Assembly: GCA_034423575.1 (NCBI GenBank)
Contig: DAOUIF010000078.1
Location: 3,865 to 67,864, forward strand
DNA length: 64,000 nucleotides
Origin: Dehalococcoidia bacterium
GTDB taxonomy: Bacteria > Chloroflexota > Dehalococcoidia > Lucifugimonadales > UBA3495
Reading direction: 5' to 3'
Shown: one piece after another, positions 9,645-20,687 of the stretch
Numbering within the stretch: the stretch's first letter is position 1
How the letters are laid out: every line of letters begins with the position of its first letter
Translations under genes and position numbers: made by a program
The notes under the pieces: model-generated
What the model saw: only the letters and a program-made list of their open reading frames with translations
What the model was told of the DNA's origin: nothing
Databases searched by the model: none

Positions 9645-11075
9645 TTGGAGCATGTCATGGATTCCACTCTCGCTTTCACTCCCGCCACGGAAGTGCGGCG
9701 TATGATCGCCGCCAAGGAGGTATCCGCGGTCGAGCTCGCTGAGTTCTTCTTCCGGCGGATCGAAGAGCTGAACCCCAAATTGAGCGCTTACCTGACCGTG
9801 TGTCCCGATCAGGCTTTGGCGGATGCCAGGGCTGCTGACGAAGCGGTGCAACGGGGTGATGAGTTGGGACCGCTGCATGGTGTACCCATTTCGGTGAAAG
9901 ACCTTGAGCTGACCCAAGGAGTCCGGACCACCATGGGTTCCGCAATATTCCGGGACCGAGTGCCGGAGATCGACTCGATCGTAGTGGAACGGGTCAAGGC
10001 CGCCGGCGGGATCATCCTGGGCAAGACGAATACGCCCGAATTCGGCCAATCGGGAACCACCGAGAACCTGGTAAGTGAACCGTGCCGCAACCCCTGGAAT
10101 ACGGACTACACCCCCGGGGGCAGCAGCGGGGGCGCGGCGGCAGCGCTGATTGCCGGTCTGTGCACCCTGGCCACCGGCAGCGACGGAGGCGGCAGCATCC
10201 GCATTCCTTCCAGCTTCAGCGGGGTCACCGGGATCAAGCCGTCGCACGGTCGGGTGCCCCGGTACGGGGGTTACGGCGGTCCGGCCGTCAACCATTTTTC
10301 GCAAAGTGGACCCATGAGCAGGAACGTCGGGGACACTGCCATGCTGTTGCAGGTGCTGGCCGGTCCGGACTCGCGGGACCCCAACACGATGACCGACACG
10401 CCCCCGGATTACATGGCAGATCTGGAGGGCGGCGTCGAAGGTTGGCGCGTGGCGTGGAGCGACGACCTGGGTTACGCCGCGGTGGATCCCGAAGTGGTCC
10501 AGATCACGCGCGGAGCCGCACAGGTTTTCCAGGAATTGGGCGCCATCGTCGAGGAGGCCGCGCCAGAAATCGAGGGCGATCCGTTCCCAGCGTTTTCCAC
10601 CGTTTTCGGGACCGCGTCATACACATCCTACGCCGATCTCTATCCCGAGAGGCGGGATGAACTGACCCACTATGTGCAGAACACCTACGACGCTGCATCT
10701 CGACACACAGCCGCAGACCTGTCGAGGGCGTTGGCATATGTGGACCGCCACAAGCGTCGTTTCGCGGACTTCTTCAACACCTACGACCTGCTGCTCACGC
10801 CGGCAATGGCGGTGACCGCGTTTCCGATAGGACAGCATCCGATGAGCATCGGAGGTCGATCCGTGGACCCATGGTGGGGCTACCTGCCGTTCACTTTCCC
10901 CATCAACATGAGCGGGCAAACCGCCTCCAGCGTGCCATGTGGGTTCTCGGCGGCGGGTCTGCCGGTGGGTCTGCACATCGTCGGGCCAGCCGGAGCGGAA
11001 GCACGGGTACTGCGCGCCATGGCGGCCTTCGAAGAGGCGCGTCCGTGGGCGCACCACCGCCCCGCGGTTTGCTAG
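9645..11075 (+). CDS. amidase (amidase-signature family, GatA-like)
   Basis: GGSSGGAAAALIAG and GSDGGGSIRIPS signature motifs. Confidence 0.9.
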   Translation: MEHVMDSTLAFTPATEVRRMIAAKEVSAVELAEFFFRRIEELNPKLSAYLTVCPDQALADARAADEAVQRGDELGPLHGVPISVKDLELTQGVRTTMGSAIFRDRVPEIDSIVVERVKAAGGIILGKTNTPEFGQSGTTENLVSEPCRNPWNTDYTPGGSSGGAAAALIAGLCTLATGSDGGGSIRIPSSFSGVTGIKPSHGRVPRYGGYGGPAVNHFSQSGPMSRNVGDTAMLLQVLAGPDSRDPNTMTDTPPDYMADLEGGVEGWRVAWSDDLGYAAVDPEVVQITRGAAQVFQELGAIVEEAAPEIEGDPFPAFSTVFGTASYTSYADLYPERRDELTHYVQNTYDAASRHTAADLSRALAYVDRHKRRFADFFNTYDLLLTPAMAVTAFPIGQHPMSIGGRSVDPWWGYLPFTFPINMSGQTASSVPCGFSAAGLPVGLHIVGPAGAEARVLRAMAAFEEARPWAHHRPAVC

Positions 11076-11214
11076 AGGGCGGTCCACGGCAGCCCGCGAC
11101 GACCGCCGTCGTCGAGGAATCGCAGCTGCCTTGATCCGGTTCCCGACGGTGCTGCTGGCGCGCGAACGCGTTGCCCACAAATCTGGGCAGCGCTAGCAAA
11201 TCGTAGACCGGTAC

Positions 11215-13842
11215 ATGGTTTTCAGCGCATTTGAGATGGCGCGGTCGCGTGTCGACGCACTGCGACTCAAAGCCCGTCTGCCTGAGGTTCGCTTCGGCCC
11301 CGTCGAGTGGGTCTTTTTGCTGGTCGCGCTCGTGTCAGCCGCCATGCGGTTGTGGGAGCTTGACGGGCGGACGATGCACTACGACGAGGCCATCCACCTG
11401 CACTTCTCGTGGAAGCTTGCCCGGGGTGTCGAGTACATTCATTCGCCTTGGATGCACGGGCCCTTTCAGATCGAGCTGGTGGCGGTCGTCCTGAAATATC
11501 TGGGAGACACGGATTTCCTGGCCCGATTGCCCTACGCTCTCTTCGGGGTGAGCCTGACGGTCTTGCCCTACTTCATGCGCCGGCTCATTGGCGACAAGGG
11601 CGCGGTCTGCGCGGCGGTTGTCCTGGCGTTTTCCCCATCGCTGCTGTACTTCAGCCGGTTCGGCCGCAACGACATCCTGATGGCGGTGTGGGCCGTGCTG
11701 TTGTTGATCATGCTCTGGCAGTACGGGATCAACAGCCGCCGCCGCTACCTGTTCGGTGCCGCCGCGGTGACCGCGCTAATGTTGGCGACCAAGGAGACGG
11801 CCTACTTCGTCATCCTGTTCATGGGACTGGCAGCGTTGGCGTTAGGTTGGCGGGAGTTCTGGGAGTTCATCAAGACACGGCGCGGACTGGCGGGAATGAG
11901 GGGGGCGGCCGGGTTTTTCATCCTGGTGGCGACGTTGACGCTGCCCCAGGCGGCCGCGTTGATCGCGCTGGTTCAATCACCATTCGGTCTGACCATCGCG
12001 TCCCGCGACACGGGATCCACCGGGGACACGGGAGCGCCGGTATGGGAGGCGCCCTTCGTCACGTTGCCGGTGTGGGCAGCGCCCGTGTGGCTGCACGTAA
12101 TGGCGGCGGGCGTTCTGGTCGGCTTTGGATTGGCGCTGGCGATGTGGCTATGGCGTATCAGGGGCCCGATCGACCTCTTGTCAGTCGCCGTGGCGATACT
12201 GGCTACCGTTGCCGCGGTGTCGGTGGTGGTGGTCGGACCCATGCAAAACCTGCTCGCGGCGTTGGGGGAGACGGGAGGCGGATCCGCCGCCGCCTTTGCG
12301 GACTGTGGCGTAGGCGCGGTGATCTTGCTGCTGGGCATTGTGGCCCTGAGACTGAATCTCGCATCGACTGTCGGATGGCGGGGCGTCATGCTGTTGTTGG
12401 GGCCCGCCATCCTGCTGACATGGGCCTGGCTGACACTTCTGTGGGGTGGCGCCGATTTCATCAGCCAGATGCTGCCCGCAACTGTCCCTGCCGAAGATCT
12501 GGCCGCAGGTCGCCTTGCGGTGAACTACCTGGTCCCGGTGCTGGCGCTGTTGATTTTGCTGGTAGTGGGCGGTACGGTCGGCATCGCCTGGGGAGGAGGG
12601 CTCTGGTTGGGGTGCGCGGTGGTCTTCTATGCGATTTGGACGATGCTCTACACCACCGTGTTCACCAACTGGGCCGGCGTCTTCACGGGGTCATGGCAGA
12701 GCTTGGGTTACTGGCTGATGCAGCAGGACGTCGCCCGCGGCAACCAGCCCTGGTACTACTACTTCGTTGGGCTGACCGTGTACGAACTGGTGGCCTTTGC
12801 TTTCGGCGCGGTCGGCGTCGTATGGCTGGTCAGGAATCGGGCCACCTATGGTGGGATGGGCATTGTGCTGGCGGCGTGGGTGATCGCGACTTTGGCGTTG
12901 TACACCATTGCGGCCGAAAAAATGCCCTGGCTCCTGGTCAACATAACCGTACCCCTGGCGTTGGTGGCGGGGATGTTCCTGGGGCATCTTATGGATGTGA
13001 TCAACTGGGGGGCGCCGAGTCGCAGAGTGGCAATGACGCTGGTGCTCGGTCCCATGTGGTTGGGGATTGCGGTGTGGGTCGCTTGGCTGGCGGCACGAGG
13101 GAACGTCGACACTCTTCCCGTCTGGATGACGGCGCTGATCCTGCTGCCCCTGGCGGTCGCGATCGCCTGCCTGATTCGTCGCCATCGCCAGGCAGCAAAG
13201 GCGACGGTGGTGGGGATAGCGGCCTTGCTCCTGGTCTTTGACGCAGTGGGCGCGGTCAGAGCGGCTTACACCTACGATGATTCCAACGTCGAGATATTGG
13301 CCTATGCTCAGGGTTCTGCAGACCTGGAACACACCTACGCCGAGCTGCGCGAGACCGCCTTGGGCGAAGGCGCGGCCGATGCGTCGGTCAAGGTCGATTA
13401 CGACATGTGGTATCCCTTCCAGTGGTACGTGCGGCACGAGACGGAAGCGGGTAGCCTGCAGTTTGACCGTTTCTGCGCCGCCACCAGCGACGAAGACGAA
13501 GAGAAGCAGAGCGAGAAGAGAGACTGCCGTCCGGTGGGCGAAGACACCGGTCCCCAAATCTATCTGGCCGAGCATGGCCACGCGGTGGAGGAAGAGGACG
13601 CGCCGGAGTACCGCAAAGAAGGGCCCATGCGGAATCTGCTATGGTATCCTGAAACTTACCGTCGGCCCGGAGAGTCGCGAACCAGCACCGGATTATGGAA
13701 GCAAATGAAAGCCGACGTGTCCTTTTTCCGAAACGTGGGTTCCAACCCGGACAAACTGCGACAGGCGCTGGAATACATCCTCGCGCGACGCCAGGACAGT
13801 GATTGGTATTCCGCGAGCTATTACCAGTACGCCAAGGAATAG
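11215..13842 (+). CDS. GT-C fold glycosyltransferase-like polytopic membrane protein (PMT_2/ArnT-like, TIGR03663-type)
   Basis: 875 aa with N-terminal MHYDEAIH...SPWMHGPF...FSRFGRNDI and many TM helices. Confidence 0.75.
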   Translation: MVFSAFEMARSRVDALRLKARLPEVRFGPVEWVFLLVALVSAAMRLWELDGRTMHYDEAIHLHFSWKLARGVEYIHSPWMHGPFQIELVAVVLKYLGDTDFLARLPYALFGVSLTVLPYFMRRLIGDKGAVCAAVVLAFSPSLLYFSRFGRNDILMAVWAVLLLIMLWQYGINSRRRYLFGAAAVTALMLATKETAYFVILFMGLAALALGWREFWEFIKTRRGLAGMRGAAGFFILVATLTLPQAAALIALVQSPFGLTIASRDTGSTGDTGAPVWEAPFVTLPVWAAPVWLHVMAAGVLVGFGLALAMWLWRIRGPIDLLSVAVAILATVAAVSVVVVGPMQNLLAALGETGGGSAAAFADCGVGAVILLLGIVALRLNLASTVGWRGVMLLLGPAILLTWAWLTLLWGGADFISQMLPATVPAEDLAAGRLAVNYLVPVLALLILLVVGGTVGIAWGGGLWLGCAVVFYAIWTMLYTTVFTNWAGVFTGSWQSLGYWLMQQDVARGNQPWYYYFVGLTVYELVAFAFGAVGVVWLVRNRATYGGMGIVLAAWVIATLALYTIAAEKMPWLLVNITVPLALVAGMFLGHLMDVINWGAPSRRVAMTLVLGPMWLGIAVWVAWLAARGNVDTLPVWMTALILLPLAVAIACLIRRHRQAAKATVVGIAALLLVFDAVGAVRAAYTYDDSNVEILAYAQGSADLEHTYAELRETALGEGAADASVKVDYDMWYPFQWYVRHETEAGSLQFDRFCAATSDEDEEKQSEKRDCRPVGEDTGPQIYLAEHGHAVEEEDAPEYRKEGPMRNLLWYPETYRRPGESRTSTGLWKQMKADVSFFRNVGSNPDKLRQALEYILARRQDSDWYSASYYQYAKE

Positions 13843-13866
13843 AACCTTGATGACAGAGGCCGACAC

Positions 13867-14376
13867 ATGACTACGGCGCCAGCATTGCCGGAACCGGGAG
13901 CGGCCACAGTGGAAGACCGTGTGCAGATCAGCCGGCGGTTGATCCTGCAGGCTCCCGGGGAACTTGCACGGGGAGACCGTCTTCAAGCCACCGAAAAAAT
14001 TTGGGGCGCCTTGGCACAGATGCTCAAGGCCCACGGGCAGCAGCGAGGTTGGATGAATCTCGGAGGGCATCGCACCGTAGGCCACATCGCCAGGCAATTG
14101 CACCTTGAATACGACGAAATCGATGTTGTCAGTGCATACATGGCAGCTGACAACGGTCATCGGAATTTTTACGACAATGAGATGAGCCCTCCGGAGATCG
14201 CAGACATCATAACGGTCGTAGCGAACGTGCTGCCGGAGCTGGAAAACGCGTTGGGTGCACTGCCGCGGCCTTTCACCATTCGCGACGGTGATCTTTGGCG
14301 TGTGCGAACGCTTACCGGTAAGCAGGACCTGCAGGTTGGCGATGCGTCCCCGACGGGCTTCTCAAACACACACTAA
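13867..14376 (+). CDS. PaREP1-like / HEPN-superfamily protein (paralog of 102-458)
   Basis: Shares ...LQATEKIWGA...QRGW...EYDEID...HRNFYDNEM..EI with the gene at 102-458. Confidence 0.6.
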   Translation: MTTAPALPEPGAATVEDRVQISRRLILQAPGELARGDRLQATEKIWGALAQMLKAHGQQRGWMNLGGHRTVGHIARQLHLEYDEIDVVSAYMAADNGHRNFYDNEMSPPEIADIITVVANVLPELENALGALPRPFTIRDGDLWRVRTLTGKQDLQVGDASPTGFSNTH

Positions 14377-14387
14377 CCGCCTCTGCA

Positions 14388-15509
14388 GTGGGATATTTTT
14401 TCGGCAATTGGCGGTTCTGGGCGGGCGTGCTGGTCAGCGTGGTAGCGCTGGGCCTGTTGGTGTTGCTGGTAGACCGGAAGGAATTGGCCCACGCCCTTTT
14501 GACGGCGAACTACTGGTACCTGGCGCCGGCCATCGTGCTGTACTTTGTCGGGCAATGGTTCCGGGCGCTTCGGTGGCAATACCTGCTGGCGCCTGTGGCC
14601 CGCATATCGGCCCGTCGTTTGTATCCGGTGATCATCATCGGATATATGGCTAACAACGTCCTGCCGGCTCGTCTCGGTGAGTTGGTGCGCGCGGTTTACC
14701 TGTCGCAGCGCGAGAAGGAAGTTAGCGTACCAGCGTCAATCGCCACGCTGAGCGTCGAGCGGCTTTACGACGGACTGACCCTGTTGGCGATGGGGGCAGT
14801 GGCGGCGCCCATCCTGTTGGCCGCGGGTCTGTTCAGCGATGCGAGTCTCGCGTACCAATCCACGGCCGTGATCTTGATGATCGGGGTGATCTGCAGCTTC
14901 GCGGTGGCTTTGGTCGCGCTGACTGCCCTGGCGACCAGCCGCCGGGCCGTTGACTGGCTGATAGCAGTCACCGCAATCTTGCCGGCAAGGTTCCGCTCCA
15001 CGGCGGCAGAGGTGATCCACGGTTTCGTCGAGGGCCTGGCTGCGCTCAATTCGCCTCGAAAGCATGCCATCCTGTTCGCGGGTTCGCTGCCCGTATGGCT
15101 GGCGGAGGCCGGCGTCTACCTGATCGTGGCTTACTCGTTCAACCTGGAAGCCTGGTTCGATTCGTTCTGGCTGTTGGCAGCCGCCGTACTGCTGGTCACC
15201 GTTACTTCCAACCTGATCACGGCGGTACCGGCTTCGATAGGCGGTATCGGGCCGTTTGAGGTCGTAGCGCAGCAAACGCTGGTGGCGTTGGGGATTGGCG
15301 CGGCTGCGGCTGCGGCCTACACGGTGGCGGTGCACCTCGTCGCGCTGTGGTTGCCGGTCAATATCGCGGGTGTCTTGTTGCTGCTGTGGTACAACGTTTC
15401 GCTGCGACGCCTGACCGCGTTACCGGAAGCCGACGCCGAGCCCGAACCGAGTGACGCGGTAACCTCGGTGGCCGGGCAGCCTCGAGCCGGCACTGCGCAG
15501 GATGGCTAG
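14388..15509 (+). CDS. flippase-like / lysylphosphatidylglycerol-synthase-TM-domain (UPF0104) membrane protein
   Basis: GTG start, polytopic, with a YFVGQWFRALRWQYLL motif. Confidence 0.7.
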   Translation: MGYFFGNWRFWAGVLVSVVALGLLVLLVDRKELAHALLTANYWYLAPAIVLYFVGQWFRALRWQYLLAPVARISARRLYPVIIIGYMANNVLPARLGELVRAVYLSQREKEVSVPASIATLSVERLYDGLTLLAMGAVAAPILLAAGLFSDASLAYQSTAVILMIGVICSFAVALVALTALATSRRAVDWLIAVTAILPARFRSTAAEVIHGFVEGLAALNSPRKHAILFAGSLPVWLAEAGVYLIVAYSFNLEAWFDSFWLLAAAVLLVTVTSNLITAVPASIGGIGPFEVVAQQTLVALGIGAAAAAAYTVAVHLVALWLPVNIAGVLLLLWYNVSLRRLTALPEADAEPEPSDAVTSVAGQPRAGTAQDG

Positions 15510-15512
15510 TTA

Positions 15513-16841
15513 ATGAGGATAGGAATAATTGGCGGCGGGGCGGCCGGGCTGGCGGCGGCCCTGGAACTGACCTGGAAGGGACACTTCGCCGAGGTGTTTG
15601 AGGCGGCGCCATTTCTCGGCGGGCAGGCGTCGACTTTCGAGGTAGGCGGCGGGCAGTTGGAACGCGGATACCACCACCTGTTCGTCAGCGATACCGACAT
15701 GGTGGACCTGATCAACGAATTGGGTCTGGGTGATTCCTTGGAGTGGCTGGAGTCCAAAGTTGGGCTGTTCCACGGCGGCCGGATATGGGATTTCGCCACG
15801 CCGATGGATCTTCTGCGGTTTTCTCCGCTGCCTTTCACCCAGCGCATCAGGTTGGGTCTCTGGACGTTCCTGCTGCAGAAAACCCGGGACTGGCGCAAGT
15901 TCGAAGGCGTGACAGCCGCGGAATGGACGCGCGACCACATGGGAGAGGATGCGTTCCGGGTCATCTGGGAGCCGATGCTGCGGGGAAAGTTCGGCGATTA
16001 CTACGACCAGGTGAGCATGACGTGGTTGTGGGGCAAAATTTACCTGCGCGTGGCATCCCGTAAGCGTATGCAGAAGGAGCGGCTGGGATACCCGATGTGC
16101 AGTTTCGGCCGGGTATTCGACGCGTGCGGGGAGCGGATCGAGCAGCAGGGCGGGCAGGTGCACATCCGCGCGCCGGTGCAGCGGCTCAATGTGGTGGACA
16201 ACAGGGTTCAGGGATTTGTCGCCTCGGTGGATGGAGGCCGGGAAAGGGACTGCGAGTACGACGCGGTCATCGCTACCACCCCTTCGTACATATTCACGCG
16301 GCTGGCGCCCGACCTGCCGGATGATTACCGGTCGGTGCTGGAGTCCGCCCGTTACTTGTCCGCCGTGCTCGTGATACTGGTTTTGGATCGTCCGCTGACC
16401 TCCAAGTATTGGCTCAACGTGGCGGACCGGTCGCTGCCGTTTGTTGGGGTGATCGAGCATACAAACATGATTGACCGCGACCTGTACGGCGGCAACCATA
16501 TCGTGTACCTGACGAACTATCCCGACCGCAACAGCGAGCTATATCGCAAAGAACCCGAAGAGTTGCTGGAGGAATACGTTCCTCATCTCCGGAAGCTGAA
16601 CCCTGACTTTTCGCGGGACTGGATACTGGAATATCACCACCACCGGGTGGATGGCGCGCAACCAATTAACGGCGTGCACTACAGCGAGCGGAACATACCC
16701 GACCACCGAACGCCGATTACGTCGCTTTACCTGGCGAACACGACGCAGATCTATCCCGAAGATCGTGGGACGAACTATTCGGTGCGCATGGGCCGGCGGG
16801 TGGCACGGATGGTGTTGGAGGATGGCTCGGGCTCCGATTAG
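15513..16841 (+). CDS. NAD(P)/FAD-dependent oxidoreductase (phytoene-desaturase / amine-oxidase-like)
   Basis: MRIGIIGGGAAGLAAA dinucleotide-binding motif; 442 aa. Confidence 0.8.
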   Translation: MRIGIIGGGAAGLAAALELTWKGHFAEVFEAAPFLGGQASTFEVGGGQLERGYHHLFVSDTDMVDLINELGLGDSLEWLESKVGLFHGGRIWDFATPMDLLRFSPLPFTQRIRLGLWTFLLQKTRDWRKFEGVTAAEWTRDHMGEDAFRVIWEPMLRGKFGDYYDQVSMTWLWGKIYLRVASRKRMQKERLGYPMCSFGRVFDACGERIEQQGGQVHIRAPVQRLNVVDNRVQGFVASVDGGRERDCEYDAVIATTPSYIFTRLAPDLPDDYRSVLESARYLSAVLVILVLDRPLTSKYWLNVADRSLPFVGVIEHTNMIDRDLYGGNHIVYLTNYPDRNSELYRKEPEELLEEYVPHLRKLNPDFSRDWILEYHHHRVDGAQPINGVHYSERNIPDHRTPITSLYLANTTQIYPEDRGTNYSVRMGRRVARMVLEDGSGSD

Positions 16842-17304
16842 GTCCAGTACGTACCGACTCGAATAGGCATCGTCAGATGCACAATTTCATGATGACAGCG
16901 AAATTGGAAATTGTTGCGCACGGACTGCGACAACTATCAACGCTGAACTGTTCGCGCCAACACAACGCCTTACCGGCATTGACAGAGAGGCAACAATGGT
17001 GAGCCGAGGTCTCCGTGCTCCCGTCGAGGGTGAGAACACGCAACTGGCGTTGTTGGGTGGGAGCGGACCACAGATTGAGGGAGTCGCCGGTGAAGCACGA
17101 CTGAAAATTGATGTGGGCGAGCACGTCTTGGATCAAGACGCGGCCCTGGTTTGAAGCGAATTTACCAAGCCGAGAGGGGTTGCTAAACCACCAACGGTAT
17201 CAAACACGTTGAAAGCCGCACCCGTGCCATCATGCAATTTGGCTCTATTTTTAGTATAATGATTATAGATAATTCGAAGCGAATGTGCGTTCAGGCCATA
17301 CAAT

Positions 17305-17946
17305 TTGCCTACTATCGTCGTCCTGGCCGACAACCGCAATGGCCATAGTCCGGAACCTTCCATCCGCGCAGTAGAACAAGCCGGCGGTCAGGTCAAAGTC
17401 GTTGCATCAAATGCTTCCGATAGGGAAGCGCTAGACGGTTCTGGTGGGCTGTTGTTGCCCGATGTCCCATTGGACGCTGATCCGGCGGTTCTTAAGGCTG
17501 CGCTAGCAGTCAACATGCCAGTGCTGGCTACGGGCGGGGGGATGCACGCGCTTAACCGGCACTTCGGGGGAGGCGACCCCATTCCAGCGCTAGCTCATCA
17601 ATCGGATGACGACCCAGAACCGGTCCGACACCAGATCTATCTTTCTCCCGGATCCAAGGTAGCCGCAATCATCGGCAGCGCCGGCATGTTCCGGGTGAAC
17701 AGCCGGCACCACCGGGGCATCCGCGAGTCGCAACGAGCCGAGCGATTGATGACCATCGCGTATCAGCTGGACGACGGCATCATAGAAGGTCTGGAAAGCA
17801 AGGAACACAGCTGGGTGATCGGCGTGCAGTTTCAGCCGGAGCGCAGCGACGAAGTGCCCGCCAGTTTCAACAACCTGTTCCTGGGGTTGGTGGAACGCGC
17901 CCAGGAATTCATAGAAAATAACGACGCGAGGAGAACTTCACGATGA
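17305..17946 (+). CDS. class-I glutamine amidotransferase-like (peptidase C26/PuuD-like) protein lacking the catalytic Cys and His
   Basis: [14 protein letters not shown] aligns with the family's PVLGICRGMQLLN, and VNSRHHRG and GVQFQPE align with GVQWHPE. TTG start; the stop overlaps the gyrA start (ATGA at 17943-17946). Confidence 0.7.
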   Translation: MPTIVVLADNRNGHSPEPSIRAVEQAGGQVKVVASNASDREALDGSGGLLLPDVPLDADPAVLKAALAVNMPVLATGGGMHALNRHFGGGDPIPALAHQSDDDPEPVRHQIYLSPGSKVAAIIGSAGMFRVNSRHHRGIRESQRAERLMTIAYQLDDGIIEGLESKEHSWVIGVQFQPERSDEVPASFNNLFLGLVERAQEFIENNDARRTSR

Positions 17947-20675
17947 CCACGGCGCCTCCACAGCAGCCCGGCGGAGAATTTACGCTCCGACCCATCGAGG
18001 ACGAGATGCGCGAGTCGTATCTGTCCTACGCAATGTCGGTCATCGTGGCCAGGGCCCTGCCTGACGTTCGCGACGGGTTAAAGCCGGTGCAACGTCGGAT
18101 TCTGTACGCCATGCACGACATGGGAATCCGCCCGGGCAGCCAGTACCGCAAGAGTGCCCGCATCGTCGGCGAGGTGCTGGGCAAGTTCCACCCGCACGGC
18201 GACGGGTCGGTGTATGACGCGCTGGTACGCATGGCGCAGTTGTTCTCCATGCGGGCGCCACTCATCGATGGGCAAGGCAATTTCGGCAGCATCGACGGCG
18301 ACCCTCCCGCGGCCATGCGCTACACCGAGGCCCGGCTGGCCGCCATTGCCGACGAGATGCTGGCAGACATTGACCAGCAGACCGTGGACTTCTCCGATAA
18401 CTTCGACGATTCCCTGAAGGAACCCCAGGTGTTGCCGGGGCGAATGCCCAATCTGCTGGTCAACGGTTCCTCCGGCATCGCGGTGGGCATGGCAACTAAC
18501 ATGCCCCCGCACAACTTGGGCGAGATCTGCGACGCCATCAACTACGTTATTGACCACCCAACTTGCAACGTCGACCAATTGATGGAAATCGTCCCCGCGC
18601 CCGACTTTCCCACGGCAGGCAGGATCCGAGGCGTGGCCGGCGTGCGCGATATGTACGCCACCGGCCGTGGCCGTGTCGTCATGGAGGCGGTGACCGAGAT
18701 CGAGGACATGCCGGGCCGCAATTCCAACCGGCAGCGGATCATCATCAGCGAGTTGCCCTACCAGGTGAACAAGGCCACCTTGGTCGAAAAAATCGCGAGC
18801 CTGGTTCGGGATAAAACCCTGGTGGGCATCACCGAGATCCGCGACGAGTCGGACCGGCGGGGCATCCGTGTGGTGATCGAACTGGCCCGCAGCGCCCAGC
18901 CTACGGTGATCCTCAACAACCTGTACAAGCGCACGGCGCTGCGGTCATCTTTCAACGCCATCATGTTGGCGCTGGTGGACGGGCAGCCGCAGGAATTGCC
19001 GCTCAAGGACCTCATCAACCATTTCATCACCCACCGTGAAGACGTCATCCGGCGGCGGACCGAATACCAGTTGGGTCGTGCCCGGGACCGCGCCCACATC
19101 GTCGAAGGTTTGCTCAAGGCCCTGGACGCCATCGATGCGATCATCGAAACGATCCGCAACAGCCAGGACGTGGAAACCGCGCGCAACAACCTGGTGCAGC
19201 AGTTCGACCTGTCCGAAATCCAGGCCCAGGCCATTCTCGACATGCAGTTGCGCCGCCTGGCCGCCCTGGAGCGCCAACGCCTGGACGAGGAATACAACGA
19301 CCTGCTGGCGACCATATCCCGGCTGGAAGACCTGCTCCAGAATCCCCAGAAGATTCGCGCGGAGATCAAGCGGGAGACCCGGGAGGTCAAGCGGAAGCAC
19401 GCCGACCCGCGCCGCACCGAAATCATTCGGGAGGAACTGCAGGAGCAGTCCATCGAGCAGTTCATCGTGCAGGAAGACGTGGTCGTCACGCTGAGCCAGC
19501 GCGGGTACATCAAGCGCGTGCCCATCAACACCTACCGCAATCAGCGGCGAGGCGGCAAGGGAGTGCGCGGCGCGAACAACCGGGACGACGACGCGATCAT
19601 GCAGATTGCCGTCGTGAATACCCACGAACAACTGCTGTTCTTCACCAACAAGGGCCGGGTGTACCCGTTGAGCGTCTACGAAACGCCCAACGATACCGGC
19701 CGCACGGCCCGGGGCACCTTGCTGGTGAACCTCATTCCCCTACAGCCGAACGAGCATGTGCAGACCATGCTGCCGGCGAGCCGGGACGAATACAACCGGC
19801 TGTACGTTTTCGCCACACGAAACGGCAGGGTAAACGCTTTGCGCCCGGGTCAGCTGCAAAACCTGAGGAAATCCGGCCTCATCGCGATGAAGGTACTGGA
19901 CGGCGACGAGCTGGTCGCGGTGCGGCCGGCGCAGGCCGATGCGTCCATCGTGCTGGTGACCGAGCAGGGCCAGGCTCTGCTGTGTCCGGTCACCAGCATA
20001 CCCGAGCGCAACCGCAACGCCACCGGTGTCATCGGCATCAAATTCAAGGACGAATTCGGAGGCAAGGACCGGGTGGTCGCGCTGGACGTGGTCAACGATT
20101 CCGAGGACGAGTATTTGCTGGTGGTCAGCGATAAAGGCTACGGCAAGGCGACGCCTCTGTGCAACAGCAAGGGCGAACCCGTGTACCGCGAGACCAACCG
20201 CGGGGGGATGGGCGTGAAAACGTTTGCCGTTGACCAGGGCGACAAGCCCACCGGCCCGGTGGTGGACGCCAAGATCGTGACCTCCGCCGAAATGAACGAC
20301 GAAGAAGGACACGAGGTCTTCATCATCTCGGCGCGTGGTCAGGTGGTGCGCATCGACCTGGCCGAGATCAAGGTGGTGAACACCCGGCAGACCAAGGGGG
20401 TCATTGTCTGGCGCGAGCGGGGCGGCGACGACAGCGTGGTGTCCATCTACTGCTTCCGGGCAACCGATTACAGCCAGGAGGATCCGGCAGTCCAGGACGG
20501 CGCGGCGAGTACGGCCCTTGAGCAGGCCGAGGAGGTCGCTGCCCAGGCGGACAGCCAGTACGAGGACGATGATGCCGGAGACGAAGTAACCGCCAAGGAC
20601 ACCCCGGATGACGACATCGACGATGATGACGATGATGCAGACACGCATATCAACGGGCAGGCTCCGTTGCTGTAA
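17943..20675 (+). CDS. gyrA: DNA gyrase subunit A
   Basis: [26 protein letters not shown], active-site region [10 protein letters not shown] and beta-pinwheel repeats. There is a long acidic tail ending [12 protein letters not shown]. Confidence 0.97.
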   Translation: MTTAPPQQPGGEFTLRPIEDEMRESYLSYAMSVIVARALPDVRDGLKPVQRRILYAMHDMGIRPGSQYRKSARIVGEVLGKFHPHGDGSVYDALVRMAQLFSMRAPLIDGQGNFGSIDGDPPAAMRYTEARLAAIADEMLADIDQQTVDFSDNFDDSLKEPQVLPGRMPNLLVNGSSGIAVGMATNMPPHNLGEICDAINYVIDHPTCNVDQLMEIVPAPDFPTAGRIRGVAGVRDMYATGRGRVVMEAVTEIEDMPGRNSNRQRIIISELPYQVNKATLVEKIASLVRDKTLVGITEIRDESDRRGIRVVIELARSAQPTVILNNLYKRTALRSSFNAIMLALVDGQPQELPLKDLINHFITHREDVIRRRTEYQLGRARDRAHIVEGLLKALDAIDAIIETIRNSQDVETARNNLVQQFDLSEIQAQAILDMQLRRLAALERQRLDEEYNDLLATISRLEDLLQNPQKIRAEIKRETREVKRKHADPRRTEIIREELQEQSIEQFIVQEDVVVTLSQRGYIKRVPINTYRNQRRGGKGVRGANNRDDDAIMQIAVVNTHEQLLFFTNKGRVYPLSVYETPNDTGRTARGTLLVNLIPLQPNEHVQTMLPASRDEYNRLYVFATRNGRVNALRPGQLQNLRKSGLIAMKVLDGDELVAVRPAQADASIVLVTEQGQALLCPVTSIPERNRNATGVIGIKFKDEFGGKDRVVALDVVNDSEDEYLLVVSDKGYGKATPLCNSKGEPVYRETNRGGMGVKTFAVDQGDKPTGPVVDAKIVTSAEMNDEEGHEVFIISARGQVVRIDLAEIKVVNTRQTKGVIVWRERGGDDSVVSIYCFRATDYSQEDPAVQDGAASTALEQAEEVAAQADSQYEDDDAGDEVTAKDTPDDDIDDDDDDADTHINGQAPLL

Positions 20676-20687
20676 GGGACTGATGCA

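Noticed and set aside
11409-13581. 610-aa alternative + frame ORF 11409..13241 and 296-aa minus ORF 12691..13581 inside the GT-C membrane protein gene
   Set aside because: The 875-aa frame gives a coherent polytopic membrane protein with family motifs. The others are Arg/Gly/Pro-rich.
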